A stretch of DNA of 58,861 nt, the filler included, from Dirinaria sp. TL-2023a (Eukaryota): assembly GCA_051941275.1 (NCBI GenBank). It is 4 parts of 4 records of this genome, joined end to end, with 100 filler letters (N's around TTAATTAATTAA, not from the genome) between each part and the next. Parts side by side here need not be neighbours in the genome. Positions count along the whole stretch, not along the records: positions 1 to 14,670 come from JAVEBF010000591.1; 3 more parts are not named here. The stretch is one strand, 5' to 3'. This document shows positions 1 to 12,248 of the stretch, piece by piece (within the stretch, counting starts at the first letter, position 1; each line of letters begins with the position of its first letter). The position numbers and the translations under genes are program-made. Under the pieces are notes generated by a model. That model did not search any database. It saw only the letters and a program-made list of their open reading frames with translations, and had not been told where the DNA came from.

Positions 1-27
1 CGGCGGCGGCGGCGGCGGCGGCGGCGG
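1..27. repeat. (CGG)9 microsatellite at contig start
   Basis: Sequence begins with cgg repeated nine times; probably the assembly break point. Confidence 0.95.
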
Positions 28-221
28 TGTATATTTTAATGGGTTTGATTACATTACTTTTAATGGGAAATTGGATCAAAATACAATCATACGTTCGACA
101 AACGCGAATATTGATCAATCTCGAAGAGGAACCCACGAAGAGGCATTATTCTATTAACACCTAAACTTTTTTTTCATGGGCCAGCCGTGGCAGTTTCGCT
201 CCGGTACTATCTTACCGAGAT

Positions 222-1067
222 TTACCGTAACAACGGCGTCTCTTCTTCTTCTTCGTCAGCAGCAGCAGCAGGATCATTTCCACAGGGAACCAAAAACCCG
301 GCAAAAGCCCAGAAATAGCCCGTGAGCACGAAGCTCAGGATCCATTCCAGGATGCCCGCGACGCGATACTGGTCCGTCCACAGGAACGCGATGAAACATG
401 CGCCGAGGACGATTTCGGTCAGGAAGATGGAGTTGCTGGCGATTATACATCTCCGTCTTAAGGTCTCGTTATGCGGTTCCTTTTCATGGTGGTGGTGGAC
501 TGTGGGGTTGTTCCGTGGCCACATTTCGCTCCAGAAGGTGATGGTCGTGGAGATCGCTGTGAATGCTGTGCCTGCTAGCGCGAGAGAGAGGAATAAGTGG
601 TGGGTTTGCGGGTGGTGGCGCTTGTTGAAGATGGGGACACAGATTTGGCAGGCGCACGATGCGAGCGCGAGGATGCATGCTAGGACTGAGGAGACGGTCG
701 TGGACCGCCGCCATCGGTGCTCTGCGAACGCTTGGGGTTGTTGGCTAAGGGTTTGGTGGAAGGCAAGGTGGACCGTGAGGATGGTTCCAAAGAGCGTTAG
801 GGCCGTCAGAACCGCGCCGACGATGAAGAGTGGTTGCAAGCGGAACGCGCCGATATCGGATATGTAGGCGACATAGGGATTGCTTTGGGACGGGTAACGT
901 GGACGTCCTTCGGCTAGCCAAACAATCAGGAGAATCAACAGTGTCACTGACCATGCTGTGCCTGCGGCAAGAGGCAGGAATCTGAGAGATCGAAGAGAGC
1001 GGCGCATAACGAGAGCTGGTACTTGGCGCAGGATAGAAGATGGCTTTTCGAGGCTTTTCGACTTCAT
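222..1067 (-). CDS. Frag1/DRAM/Sfk1-family multi-pass membrane protein
   Basis: 281-aa intronless ORF with about 6 hydrophobic helices and family-like motifs 'VAYISDIGA..LQPLFI', 'HP.THHLFL' and 'AGILEW'. Confidence 0.8.
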   Translation of the reverse strand: MKSKSLEKPSSILRQVPALVMRRSLRSLRFLPLAAGTAWSVTLLILLIVWLAEGRPRYPSQSNPYVAYISDIGAFRLQPLFIVGAVLTALTLFGTILTVHLAFHQTLSQQPQAFAEHRWRRSTTVSSVLACILALASCACQICVPIFNKRHHPQTHHLFLSLALAGTAFTAISTTITFWSEMWPRNNPTVHHHHEKEPHNETLRRRCIIASNSIFLTEIVLGACFIAFLWTDQYRVAGILEWILSFVLTGYFWAFAGFLVPCGNDPAAAADEEEEETPLLR

Positions 1068-1367
1068 GTCATGTCCTTTGCTGAGAAAAAGGCCTCGAGG
1101 AGCACCACAGTATGGCGTTTGTTACTCGGCCGGACAGTGCCGAATGCCTAGTGATGATGCGGGGATGCTTCGGGAGCATAAAATAGCGTTGAATGCCATC
1201 TGCGCGTTTAGGTAATGTCCAACTACATCCAGATGTACTGTGATGTACTTTTGGCATCAGGTGACCGTGCCAGGTGACGGAGGCTGCTCGATAGGACTCG
1301 AACATGATGCGGGATTACAAAACCTGCCTCGCAGGGGAAAAGCTCGTCTTCAAGTCTCAGCCTTGGC

Positions 1368-3462
1368 TCATCTTAACCAAGACTCAAGGCCTCCTCGAAG
1401 GGCTATCCAAGCCTTCCAGCCAAATGATGATTGATCTTTCCTCTGGTTGAGCGGCAGACATCGTATACTTTGTATCGGCCGCTGGCCCTGGACATTCTCT
1501 TCGGAAAACCAATGACCGTGTAAGCCATAAGGTACCCGCTGTGGTAGGTATATTCTGGCGACCACATCGGTCATGTTCTTTGCATCAATGATCCAGAGCT
1601 CGCTTTTGGCACCAAGCGGGCATTCACCGTCATCATCTAACTGGCTCTCGTCAAAGACATAACTCAAAAGCCAGCCATCATCCTCGCTTTCTCCATTTGC
1701 GCGTGGTACAAACCTTGACTCTTGAGCGTACCAGCCTGGAGGCGTCTTGAAGACCTGGATTGGGTCGTTGGGGTCCTTGCTGGCCAAGATGTCCTCCATA
1801 CTTCGACAATCGACACAGCCAGTGATCTGTGCTGGCGGACAGCTTTCCCCCCTCTTCACCAAGGTCTCGACATCGACTTTCACCAGTGAATCTATCTTGA
1901 CAGCTCGACCCAGTGCGGCACCGAATGTAGTCCCTGAAACCGAACATCCATAGATATACCTGGCGGCGCTCATGGAAGCCGAGTCGCGCAACGAAGGAAA
2001 TTCGAATGGTATAGCAGCCAACGCCCATTGATGTCGAATGAAGTTCTTCTTCTCAGAAGTGGGTGCTTGACATCCTGTCATGGTAGAGCTCGGGAGCTGG
2101 AACTGATAGTAATACAGGCGGCACTGCTCTTCTTCCTGCTGGTAGGACGGAACGGGACCTGTGGGGATTGGCGTAGCTAAACAACCTGCGCTGAAAACTA
2201 GAGCAGCAGAAGTCAAACGACAGGCGAGCATGTTCACCGTACTAAGCTGTTGACCCGTGGCTGAATCTTCGATCGTCGAGTCCCATGAATTGGCAGTGTG
2301 GAAAATACAACATGGGTTTGTCTCAAACCAGTGTACCCTATCGGGCCGATAACGAGGGAAGACTCCAAATCTAGATATGCCACTGGGGTCATAATCAACA
2401 ACAGGCTCATTCTTCAACAATTTCATGGGATCGAGGGACAGTGGTAGATCCAAGATAATCGTATGGTTGCTCGAGACCCCAAAATCGTGCATCATCTTAG
2501 CAGATCGCACGCCGGAGACCGGAGCATTGAGAAGCTTGATCTGAACCAACGTAGCCTTCTCTGATCTTTGAGTCCATGTGGCTGGAATGATGGAGTAATG
2601 TACATATGGAGGCGCAAAGGTCGAGTGGTAAAGCAGAAGCTCGGAAGACTTGGGATCCACCCGCGGCTTCAGAGCAGGAGCGGAAATCAGCAATGATCTA
2701 ACATTACACTGACTGCTACACTTACATGACCAGTCGTCCATTCCTTCATGAAGCTCAGTAACCCTTCGCCTCCGAAACCTGGTCTACCGTCTAGGCTTGT
2801 TTCCCCTTCACTCTGCCTCCCATTAAACCATCCGACAGTTTCCAGTCCTGGTAAGGAGATGCGCATCGGTGGTCCGCTCTCACATGTGGCCAAAGCCCTT
2901 CCATCATGATACAAGACTGCCGTATTTGCCACACTGATCCTCTTGATCGCTTGCTGTGACCCTGGTAAATGAGAGAGGGCTACCAAGAGTAATGTCCGCA
3001 AAATGCGCAACGTGATAGCGAACACAGAGCTCAAAGGATTCACTAAGATTGCAATACTTGGTAGGATAGGCGTCTCCAAGGCCGGTGTCGCCAAGGACGA
3101 CAGATATACATCTGTTAACACGTACTGATTGACGAATTCCGGCTCCACATGGTGGCCCTGGTCCTGTTTGCGGAACAAGACACCACTCAGCATACCATCT
3201 CCGTCAAACCAGTGGGCATCACGACCCAATTCGCCGTTGACTAAGGGACTGCCTCCATTACGCACATACTCGCCTCCAGCGAGCTCAGCTGGAATGACAC
3301 CAGAGTAGCCGCAAGGAGTCAAGGGCTGAACGCGATGGATGGGCGCGAAGTTGCCAGAGAGATAGCTGGTACGACGGTCAGATGGGCCTCGAATTGAACG
3401 TGTCTTGGGGTATGTTACGGGTGGGGATAGTCACGAGGCTTCTGCTGTGCGGTGGAAGTCAT
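1368..3462 (-). CDS. carX: Carotenoid cleavage oxygenase (RPE65/CCO family, CarX-type, probably retinal-forming)
   Basis: Three exons: ATG at 3462 (MTSTAQQKPRDYPHP|YLSGNFAP), introns about 3367-3418 and 2667-2725. Motifs 'GEYVRNG' and 'HWFDGDGML'; four Fe-binding His (TTGH, MMHDFG, IFHTAN, YGLHGHW). Divergent from carRA. Confidence 0.92.
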
Positions 3463-4088
3463 GCCAAGGAAGTTTTCCCAAAGAAACCTAACTGCGAACA
3501 CCTAGATAGACTTAGCTCATGCGGAATCAGAAGATGAAAGCTAATGGAAGTAATAATAATAATAAACTGGTAAATTGAGCCATGAACTAATGCCGTGGAT
3601 ATTCCGGTGATTGTGCCCTTATGTGCAGTACCTTAAGCGGCCACCATGCACTGCTTAGCGGTCGAAGCTAAGTGATAGATGCAGTGGTGGCATGTTGCAT
3701 GTGACTCTTCTCACAGCAGTCATTCATCGAAAGGGATGCTGATCATTGGCTCCGGACTGCATCGAACGATGGGGTTCATTGAAATGCCACCCATCATCCG
3801 AAAGAGCTCTGCATATTGCTCGCCCCAATCGATTGGCGGGTGCTGGTGTTTATTGAGCGAGAAATGAGGTAAGGTAAGATACACAGACGGAAAAAGCGGC
3901 TCACAGGCTCAGAGCAACATGGGAAAAGCGATTTCATGAGATGCGGATGGGTTGGTGACGCAAGTGCTCCGATTACCTTATCCTTCATCCTGTCACAAGG
4001 TAAGACTTACTTACTTTTGCCTTAAAGGTAGCAGCAAATTGGTTCATTGGATGAACAGTCGGCGGGAAGGATTTTATGCCGCTTTCCA

Positions 4089-4118
4089 AGCCGATCTGTG
4101 GCCTGACGTAGCCGATCT
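4089..4118. promoter_or_regulatory. Direct repeat AGCCGATCT x2 (21-bp period) in the carX/carRA divergent promoter; candidate White Collar-type light-response element
   Basis: agccgatct at 4089-4097 and 4110-4118; resembles the CGATC repeats bound by the Neurospora WCC. Function is inferred. Confidence 0.35.
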
Positions 4119-4484
4119 CCCAAAGCTTCATGAAACACCTTACCGTATTATTGGCCGCAATTGGAGAACAATCCAATTACCGTAGCAATACCATTAGAGA
4201 TTCCCAATAATTGACAACGGACATGATGGCAACGGTTTGAAAGAGCTGTAGAGCTGGTTGGAGAAATAGTTCGGAATTGGTGAAGCAGGTGCATTTTAAT
4301 GCTTGGATGAGCGAGCACTACGGTACCTCGGTACCTACTAGGTGGTAGCTAAGCTCCTGACTAGAGCATTGAACGATGTACCTTGATTTCCCCGCGCTTC
4401 CCAATCCCATCCTTCGTTTTCGCAGTGACAACATGGAAGCTTGAACGAACGTGCTTCCCCCATCTGGTGGACCACACTCCGAGC

Positions 4485-6433
4485 ATGGGCTACGAGTATG
4501 CCTTGGTGTAAGTTGAAATTCCCACAACGTAGCTGTCGCTCACGAGGATCCATAGCCACCTCGTCTACACCATTCCCCCGGCCATACTCTTGACGCTGTT
4601 GTATTATCCGCTTGGGACCGGTATTGATATCTACAAAACCCTCTTTCTTGTGACTGTATGTTGCGCACGGTTGCCGAAGGTTCTCTTGCTGATACACTGC
4701 AGATTGCGGTGGTATCAACGATTCCCTGGGACTCCTACCTGATTCGCAACCGCGTCTGGACGTACCCCAGCCATGTAATAATTGGGCCGACATTGTTCCA
4801 AATCCCGGCCGAAGAGGTCTTCTTTTTTGTTATTCAGACATACAACACCTCTCTACTCTACCTGTTTGTCAGCAAGCCCACGTTCCACCCAGTCTACCTT
4901 CGTGGCGAGCAGCTACTGCGCCATGGCCGTCACCTGCTCGTCTCGAGGTGGTTGGGCACTTTGGCCGTTGCCGCTGGCATAGCGTTTGGTATCTGGTTAG
5001 TCACCAAAAGCGGAGAGGGTCTCTACATGGGCTTGATCCTGATCTGGTCGGGACCTTTCATTCTCCTCTTATGGTACGCCGGTCACTATTATAAGGTTAC
5101 AACTCGAACTAATCGTACCAGGAGCCTGGCCCATCAGCTGATTATCGAGCTACCACTCTCAAACACTTTGTTGCCAATCGCACTACCTACCCTGTACCTG
5201 TGGATAGTTGATACTCTGGCGTTGAAACGCGGGACTTGGGTCATTGAGCCTGGTACGAAGATCGGGCTGCATTTGTGGGACGGGCTGGAAATTGAGTTTG
5301 TATTCGTTGGTCACTGGTCTCTCGAAGGTTGCTAATCTCCACACAGGGAAGCTGTGTTCTTTCTAGTCACCAACGTGCTCATCGTCTTCGGACTTGTTGC
5401 TTTCGACAACGCCCTCGCTGTTCTTCACACGTTTCCGGCGCTTTTTCCTTCCATTCCGACGCACCCAAGCCCATTATTATTAATCGAAGCACTTCTCGTC
5501 CCGCCATCTTCCTACGACAATGATCGCATAGCCGGGTTGCAGCAAGCATTGGGCTGTCTTAAGGCAAAGAGCAGAAGTTTCTATCTCGCAAGTGGGGTTT
5601 TCCAGGGTCAGTTGCGAATTGACCTTATTTTACTGTACTCGTTTTGTCGCGTGGCAGACGATCTTGTTGATGACGCTGCGTCGACTGAGGAAGCTCGGAG
5701 CTGGATTGGAAAGCTCTTCTATTTCCTCGACTTGTCCTACTCTGACAAACCCGGCCGCGTCATGGATTACGTTAATGCCACGTTTCCACCATCCGCTCGA
5801 GCAGCGCTGCTTCTACTGCCCTCTCAATATCTCTCACCCAAGCCACTGTACGATCTCTTAAAAGGCTTCGAGACAGATCTGCACTTCAAATCCGCCAGCA
5901 ACCCATTTCCAATTAAGGACCTATCAGCATTGGAACGCTACGGCGCCAGAGTTGCTGGCACAGTTGCTGAAGCATGTATCGAGCTTGTATATTATCACAC
6001 CACAACTCCGACATTGCATAGTCGACGCAAGCAAGTTGTCCAGGCTGGAGGCCGTATGGGCGTCGCTTTGCAGTACATTAACATTGCCCGCGACGTTTCT
6101 GTCGACGCGTCAAATTTCAGAGTCTACTTCCCGCTAGACTGGCTCAAAGGATGTGAATTAGTACCAGGAGATGTCATTCGTGACCCCACATCTCGAAAGG
6201 TAGAATGTTTGCGGCAGCAATTACTTGACAATGCCATGGATATATACCAGAGCTCCAGGGGAGCCATTGAACAGTTACCCCCTGAAGCGCGCAGACCGAT
6301 GCGCGTAGCAGTGGAGAGCTATGTGGAGATAGGGAGGGTGTTGCGAGAGCCGGGCCACAAAGTCAAGGCAGGCAGAGCGACAGTGCCAAAGTGGAGACGC
6401 GCGTGGGTTGCTTGGAAAGCGCTGAATTATTGA
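4485..6433 (+). CDS. carRA: Bifunctional lycopene cyclase / phytoene synthase (al-2/carRA)
   Basis: Starts MGYEYALV|HLVYTIPP. Cyclase motifs 'PWDSYLIRNRVWTYP' and 'IPAEEVFFF'; synthase motifs 'KSRSFYLAS', 'RVADDLVDD' and 'LQYINIARD'. Four GT-AG introns (about 4508-4554, 4657-4702, 5074-5121, about 5297-5347). Confidence 0.95.
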
Positions 6434-6787
6434 TACCCTTTCGATCTGAAAGCCATGAAGGCTTCAGCTACTGTTGATAAAAGATACTGCTCTGTTCATA
6501 GGTAAAATTTAGGTACATGACCATAATAAAAAGTAATTACTGCATCCTCGGCAGCAAAGACTGTAACTGGAGGCAGATGTATGAGTACATGAATTTGGAC
6601 TCTAAAAACCTCGGTCTTTACCAAAGGTACTGGGCAATTTCAAGTTATCTTCAAAACCTTTCTTAAGGTAAGATCTTATATCTTACCGGTTGACCTAAGG
6701 TACGTCATAGAGCGCCATGGCGAAATTATCTAGGTACTCTACTCAAGCCGAAACATAAATGCATCAACCACGTCGATTGGCCTTTCC

Positions 6788-8612
6788 ATGGGGAAGGATC
6801 CGGCTCAGAAGACTGCGATCATCGTCGGTGAACTCAATAGAAGCTCCGTAAGAAGTCAAACGGACTGATCTGATTCATCATTAGGGGCTGGCGTTGGCGG
6901 AGTTGCAACCGCAGCTCGACTTGCAAAAGCAGGCTTCAAGGTCACTGTGTTCGAAAAGAATAATTTTACAGGAGGAAGGTGCTCCTTGATAAAATATGAT
7001 GGCTATGTCAGTGCATGGGTGAGCCGGAGAGGGAGCGGTTTGCTGATATAAAACACAGCGCTTTGATCAAGGGCCTTCATTGCTGCTCCTACCGCACCTT
7101 TTCCGCGAAACATTCGCAGATCTGGGTACATCCCTTGAGGCTGAAGGGGTTCAGCTGCTGAAATGCGAGCCCAATTACAACTTATGGTTCAACGATGGCG
7201 AGTTTTTTGAGCTGTCAACAGATGTCTCCCGCATGAAGACAGAGGTCGAGAAATGGGAAGGCAAAGATGGGTTCAATCGCTACCTGAGTTTTCTCCAGGA
7301 AGCACATCGACATTATGAGCTCAGTGTAACCCACGTGCTCCGAAAAAATTTCACATCGATCCTGTCGATGGCCCGGCCATCGTTCCTGCGTCATCTACTA
7401 CCTTTGCATCCTTTCGAAAGCATTTATTCCAGAGCCTCGAAATATTTCTGGACCGAGCGTCTCCGCCGTGTCTTTACGTTCGGAAGTATGTACATGGGCA
7501 TGTCGCCCTTTGATGCCCCTGGAACGTACTCGTTGCTCCAGTATACCGAGTTAGCTGAGGGCATATGGTATCCCCAAGGCGGCTTCCACAAGGTCGTCGA
7601 CGCACTTGTTGGAGTTGGAGAACGCCTAGGCGTTGTTTTTCGGCTTGCAACCGCAGTGTCTGCTATCACGCTGGCTCCGGGAAACGGTAGGGCGACAGGG
7701 GTCAAACTTAGCAGTGGAGAACTCGTTGAGGGTGATATTGTGATCATCAATGCCGATCTAGTCTACTCATACAATAACCTTCTACCGCCATCTTCAACTG
7801 CAAACTCCCTCGTCAAACGCCCCACCAGTTGTAGCTCAATATCTTTCTACTGGGCCATGGACCGTAAGATACCCGAGTTGACGACGCACAACATCTTCTT
7901 GGCGGACGATTACAGGGAGTCGTTCGATGATATCTTCAAACATCAAATCATTCCTAAGGAGCCTTCATTCTACGTTAATGTTCCTTCAAGGATTGATACA
8001 ACCGCTTGCCCTGAAGGCAAAGATGCCATTGTTGTTCTGGTTCCAGTAGGCCATCTTCTGGATGAGAAAGAGGGAAAGGGAGTGAATATGCATAGCAAGC
8101 AGGACTGGGAAATGATGGTAAAGAAAGCTCGAGAGATTGTCTTCTCTACGATCGAGGCCCGGACAGGCGCACGCGGTCTTCAGAACGCACTCGTAAAAGA
8201 GATTGTCAACACGCCTCAGAGTTGGAAAGATGTCTTCAACCTGGACAAGGGGGCTATCTTGGGCCTCAGTCATAGCTTCTTCAACGTTCTCGCATTCAGG
8301 CCATCTACAAAGCATGCGTCGATTGACAGGCTACACTTCGTCGGTGCATCGACGCATCCTGGCACAGGAGTTCCAATCTGTTTAGCAGGCAGCAAGATCA
8401 CAAGCGAGCAAGTGCTCCATTATTTCGGCATGCAAAGCCCGTGGACTACGAAAACGCATAACCAAAGCCAACATGTCAAAGCAATCGACAAGCTACAAAC
8501 GCTGCCACTCGTGTCGAACTTTCACACCGCTCTTGTCATGCTTCCCTTACTCATTGTGATTATCTATTGTTTCACTATAGGAAGAGGGATTGGAGAGGCA
8601 ATAATACGATAA
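6788..8612 (+). CDS. carB: Phytoene desaturase (CrtI-type, al-1/carB)
   Basis: MGKDPAQKTAIIV|GAGVGG FAD-binding motif, 'EKNNFTGGRCSL', 'FDQGPSLLL', 'YPQGG', 'FVGASTHPGTGVP' and a C-terminal TM helix; two 5' introns. Confidence 0.96.
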
Positions 8613-10535
8613 TACATCCAATAAACAGATATACCGACCATTAAGATTTTATAATAGTGAAAATTGGCCCTTCAGCGGGCAGCTACAACCTCAGGCTCTG
8701 CCTGACAGAGAATGGAAAAATAAGGATGACATTTGATACTTCTATACGCTTCATATTCCATACAAGTTTGATTTGGTAATAATGCCCTGTTCATGAACGC
8801 CTTCGACTTGCCTGAACTTCCACCCACTGCTGCGCGTTTTACAGTCCACGTATATTGAACAGTAGCACTAAAATCGGCTCAGACTGGCATATTCGTTACT
8901 GAAGTACGGAGTACAGCAGACTTGTCGCTTGTGGCGCAAACAAGCCCAAACGGGATCAAAGCTTAATTTCCCTGCCGAGATGAAGTATCCTCCCGGCTAC
9001 TACTCTGGGTCAAGCCTCGAACCATGGAAATGCCCAAACTTTGCGGAATTTTTAATTTCCCATGTGAAAAGGGAATAATAATTTACCTTACGTCTTCCGA
9101 TTTCATAAGTTGCAAGGCCATATCGTGACCAGCTCCTCGTCGGATTTTCCAGGGCTGCATGTCCACCGTCTTCATTGGTTCCATAATCCCTCAGGAAGCC
9201 GTCATGACGAGAGCATTGACCACTTGGCGGCACATGACCGGGTCTGATTCGATACCAAGCTGTCGTTCCCGCCGACGGGAGAGCAGAGCAACCCCAAAAG
9301 GGCGTAGTTCTTGGAGAGCTCGAACGTCCAGTCTCAGTTACTTGCGCAGTCTTGAAATTCCTGCTCTCCGCATCTGTGTAGCTCGGGCGCTGTTTCAATT
9401 GTAGCACTTGAAGCCCCCGTGGAATGATACTTTCTATACAAGCGCTTCCATGGGTAGAATGCCCTGTTTTCCTAGATGCGTTCAGGGTTTTTAGTCAACA
9501 TTGGGTGTAAAAAGGCGCTGCATACGGAGGTATGGTTCTCAGACTAGATACCTTACCTAAGGCACCTTAGTCAGAAACAAGGAGATCAAGTAAGTATCCT
9601 GGGATCGCTGGCGTGCATCATACAGGACAGCCCGACCGTAACCGTGCCGGCCAACGCTTCTCATAGGTTGGCTTCATTTCCACTGCTTATCGAGCGAGCG
9701 AGCCTTCCTTGCGGAGAGCGTCATGTATCTGCAGGCCTTGTTCTTGGCTGCCTTACATCAATGACATGCTAATGATGCTATGTGAAGCCTTGACCTCTTT
9801 CAGAATAGTACGATGATGAGAGCAATTCCGGTCTTTTCTTAAGCGGGACAAGCTTTACGAGATCTCGGCAAGGAATTGAAGGAAGGAAACCCTTGTACGG
9901 AGGTACGGAGGTACAGAGAACGGAGTACAGGCTACCTGACCTTACGGAGGGGACCCCGGACAAGCAAAATCTGGGTGGCACGAAAGGCTAAATTGACTAC
10001 GGAGCACTAGCCGCTTAGCCGACCATCAGTCATTCTCCATCCGAGCTACGGAGTACAGAAGAGTACGTCCTGAGAAGCCCAGAACGAAGACTAAGGCACT
10101 ATGAACAATCATCATGGCTTTCTTCCAAAGGTGTCGTGTATTAGCGTTCCCTGCACGGAGAGAGCAATGGAACCCTGGCCAATGAAAATGACAATAGCGT
10201 TATTGCTCCAATCCATGTGGGAAGATGGGCTCGAATGCATGCAAGCTCGTGAACGTGACTGATTAAAGCAGGATGCATAATAGGGACTTTTACCTTATCC
10301 TTATGGCAACACTGACGGGAATGCTCTGGATGATGTAACTCTCATACCACGTCACTTGACCCTCGACCCTCTCATACCTTACCTTGATACTCCACCCGCA
10401 TTCCGATTTCCTCTACCTTTCCTCTTTCTCTCCTCTGTTTGTTTTGTCTTCCTCATCCCAAGGCACAGCGCTTCTTGTCACCATCTGTGGTTTCTTAATA
10501 TTTTCCCATAGGATTGCTGCTCACCTTGCGTCGCG

Positions 10536-11717
10536 ATGGGTTTGGGACGCCGGTCCAACCAGGCTATTGCCATCAATGGTAATACCGTGAATGGCGCGAC
10601 CGCAGATATCGCTATCACCACTCATGTAAATTCTCCCATCCTTTGCAACTTCTTTTTGGGAACATGCTGACGCTCAATTATTCAGGGTTCCGACTGGTAC
10701 TGGGTAGGATGTCGATTGATGACCTTTGTCCAAAAATCCTGACGTTGTTAGGCGGTATGCGCAGTGATGACTGTTGCAACTTTGGCCTTCATTGGGTTAT
10801 CCTTCACCAAGCCTCGCAGCCACCGAATCTTCCACTACATTACCGCCCTGGTCACTATGGTCGCCGCTATCGCCTACTTCACCATGGGCTCCAACTTGGG
10901 CTTTACCCCTATCCAAGTCGAGTTCGCTAGGAGCAACCCGCGCGTCCATGGCACCTATCGTGAAATTTTCTATGTGCGCTACATCGATTGGTATGTCCCA
11001 CAGAATTACGTAGATTTTTTGACATCTTTAACTTCATTGCCAGGGTTATCACCACCCCGCTCCTGCTCTTGGATTTGCTCCTGACTGCGGGTCTGCCATG
11101 GCCTACCATTCTCTACACTCTTGTGATTGACGAAATCATGATCATCACTGGGCTTGTGGGTGCTCTGGTAGTTTCAGACTATAAGGTATGATTTTGAAAA
11201 AGTGGTTTGACCTGGGACTAACCTGTGGACAGTGGGGATACTTCACCTTTGGTTGCGCTGCTCTCTTCGTCATCGCGTGGACCCTTACATGGACTGCACG
11301 CAAGCACGCATCGGCGCTGGGCGCAGACGTTTCCAGAGTTTACCTGATGACCGGTGTTCTCACCATTTTCCTGTGGTTCTTGTACCCGATCGCTTGGGGA
11401 ATTTGTGAGGGTGGCAACGTCATCGCGCCGGATTCGGAAGCAATCTTCTACGGTATCCTTGATTTGTTCGCCAAACCAGTCTTCGGCGCTCTCTTGCTCT
11501 GGGGCCACCGCGGCATCGATCCCGGACGTCTTGGACGTGAGTCGCATCTGCAGTCTTCATACTCATTTCTTACAGTCCTGACATACATATAGTCCATATC
11601 CGCGACTACGACGAAGACCCAGCTATTCACGGCGGCGTTCATTCTGGGGCACATGGAGAGAAGAGCACTGCCGCCGAGCCTCCCCAGAACGGCGTCGACG
11701 GCGCCCAACAGGCTTAG
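10536..11717 (+). CDS. carO: Microbial (type I) rhodopsin, CarO/ORP-like proton pump
   Basis: Six exons including an 18-nt micro-exon (10686-10703, GSDWYW). Helix C 'RYIDWVITTPLLLLDL' (D85/T89/D96 equivalents); helix F-G 'LYPIAWGICEGGNVIAPDSEAIFYGILDLFAKPVFG' with the Schiff-base Lys. Stop TAG at 11715-11717. Confidence 0.93.
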
Positions 11718-12248
11718 GAATCTTCCATCCGCTGATCGCAGAGCTCGTCATTGGACGTAAGTCTTATCGATGGAGGGGATGAGACTATTGTAGGCATAGT
11801 CAGGACGTCTGAAACCGTTTAGCGGTGAATCACAATTCTTTTGAACAAGTCTAGGACTAAAATACCCCGTTGTTTTCTAGGTAATTTAATATTTGCAGAA
11901 TGCTATGAACAAACTCATCTCCTACCTTACCTGAGATATTTCTCAAGTTCCGTAAATTTAGAGGTGCCTGCTTTTGCTCGATATCACGATTCATTAGTGA
12001 ATGATGGTATTCCTCCCACAAACAGCCCAAAATTGACCTGACCATGAACCATTGGGATAATTGGCCTCGCGAGTTCTCTATGCTTGCACTTTCGTCAACT
12101 TTCGGGTTTAAGTCATTTATGCCCGGAGCGCCAAGCACTTATCGATTAGAAGGAAGCGGGTCTCAGCGGGTTTAGATCACTACCTACTTACCTACCTTAA
12201 GAGCAGGAGCTTCCTTTAAATTCGCAATAAAATCTGAATAAGACAGCC

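Noticed and set aside
9000..9407. Overlapping 135-aa and 81-aa ORFs between carB and carO as an extra cluster gene
   Set aside because: The longer ORF has a non-ATG start, neither has recognisable motifs or splice support; probably chance ORFs.
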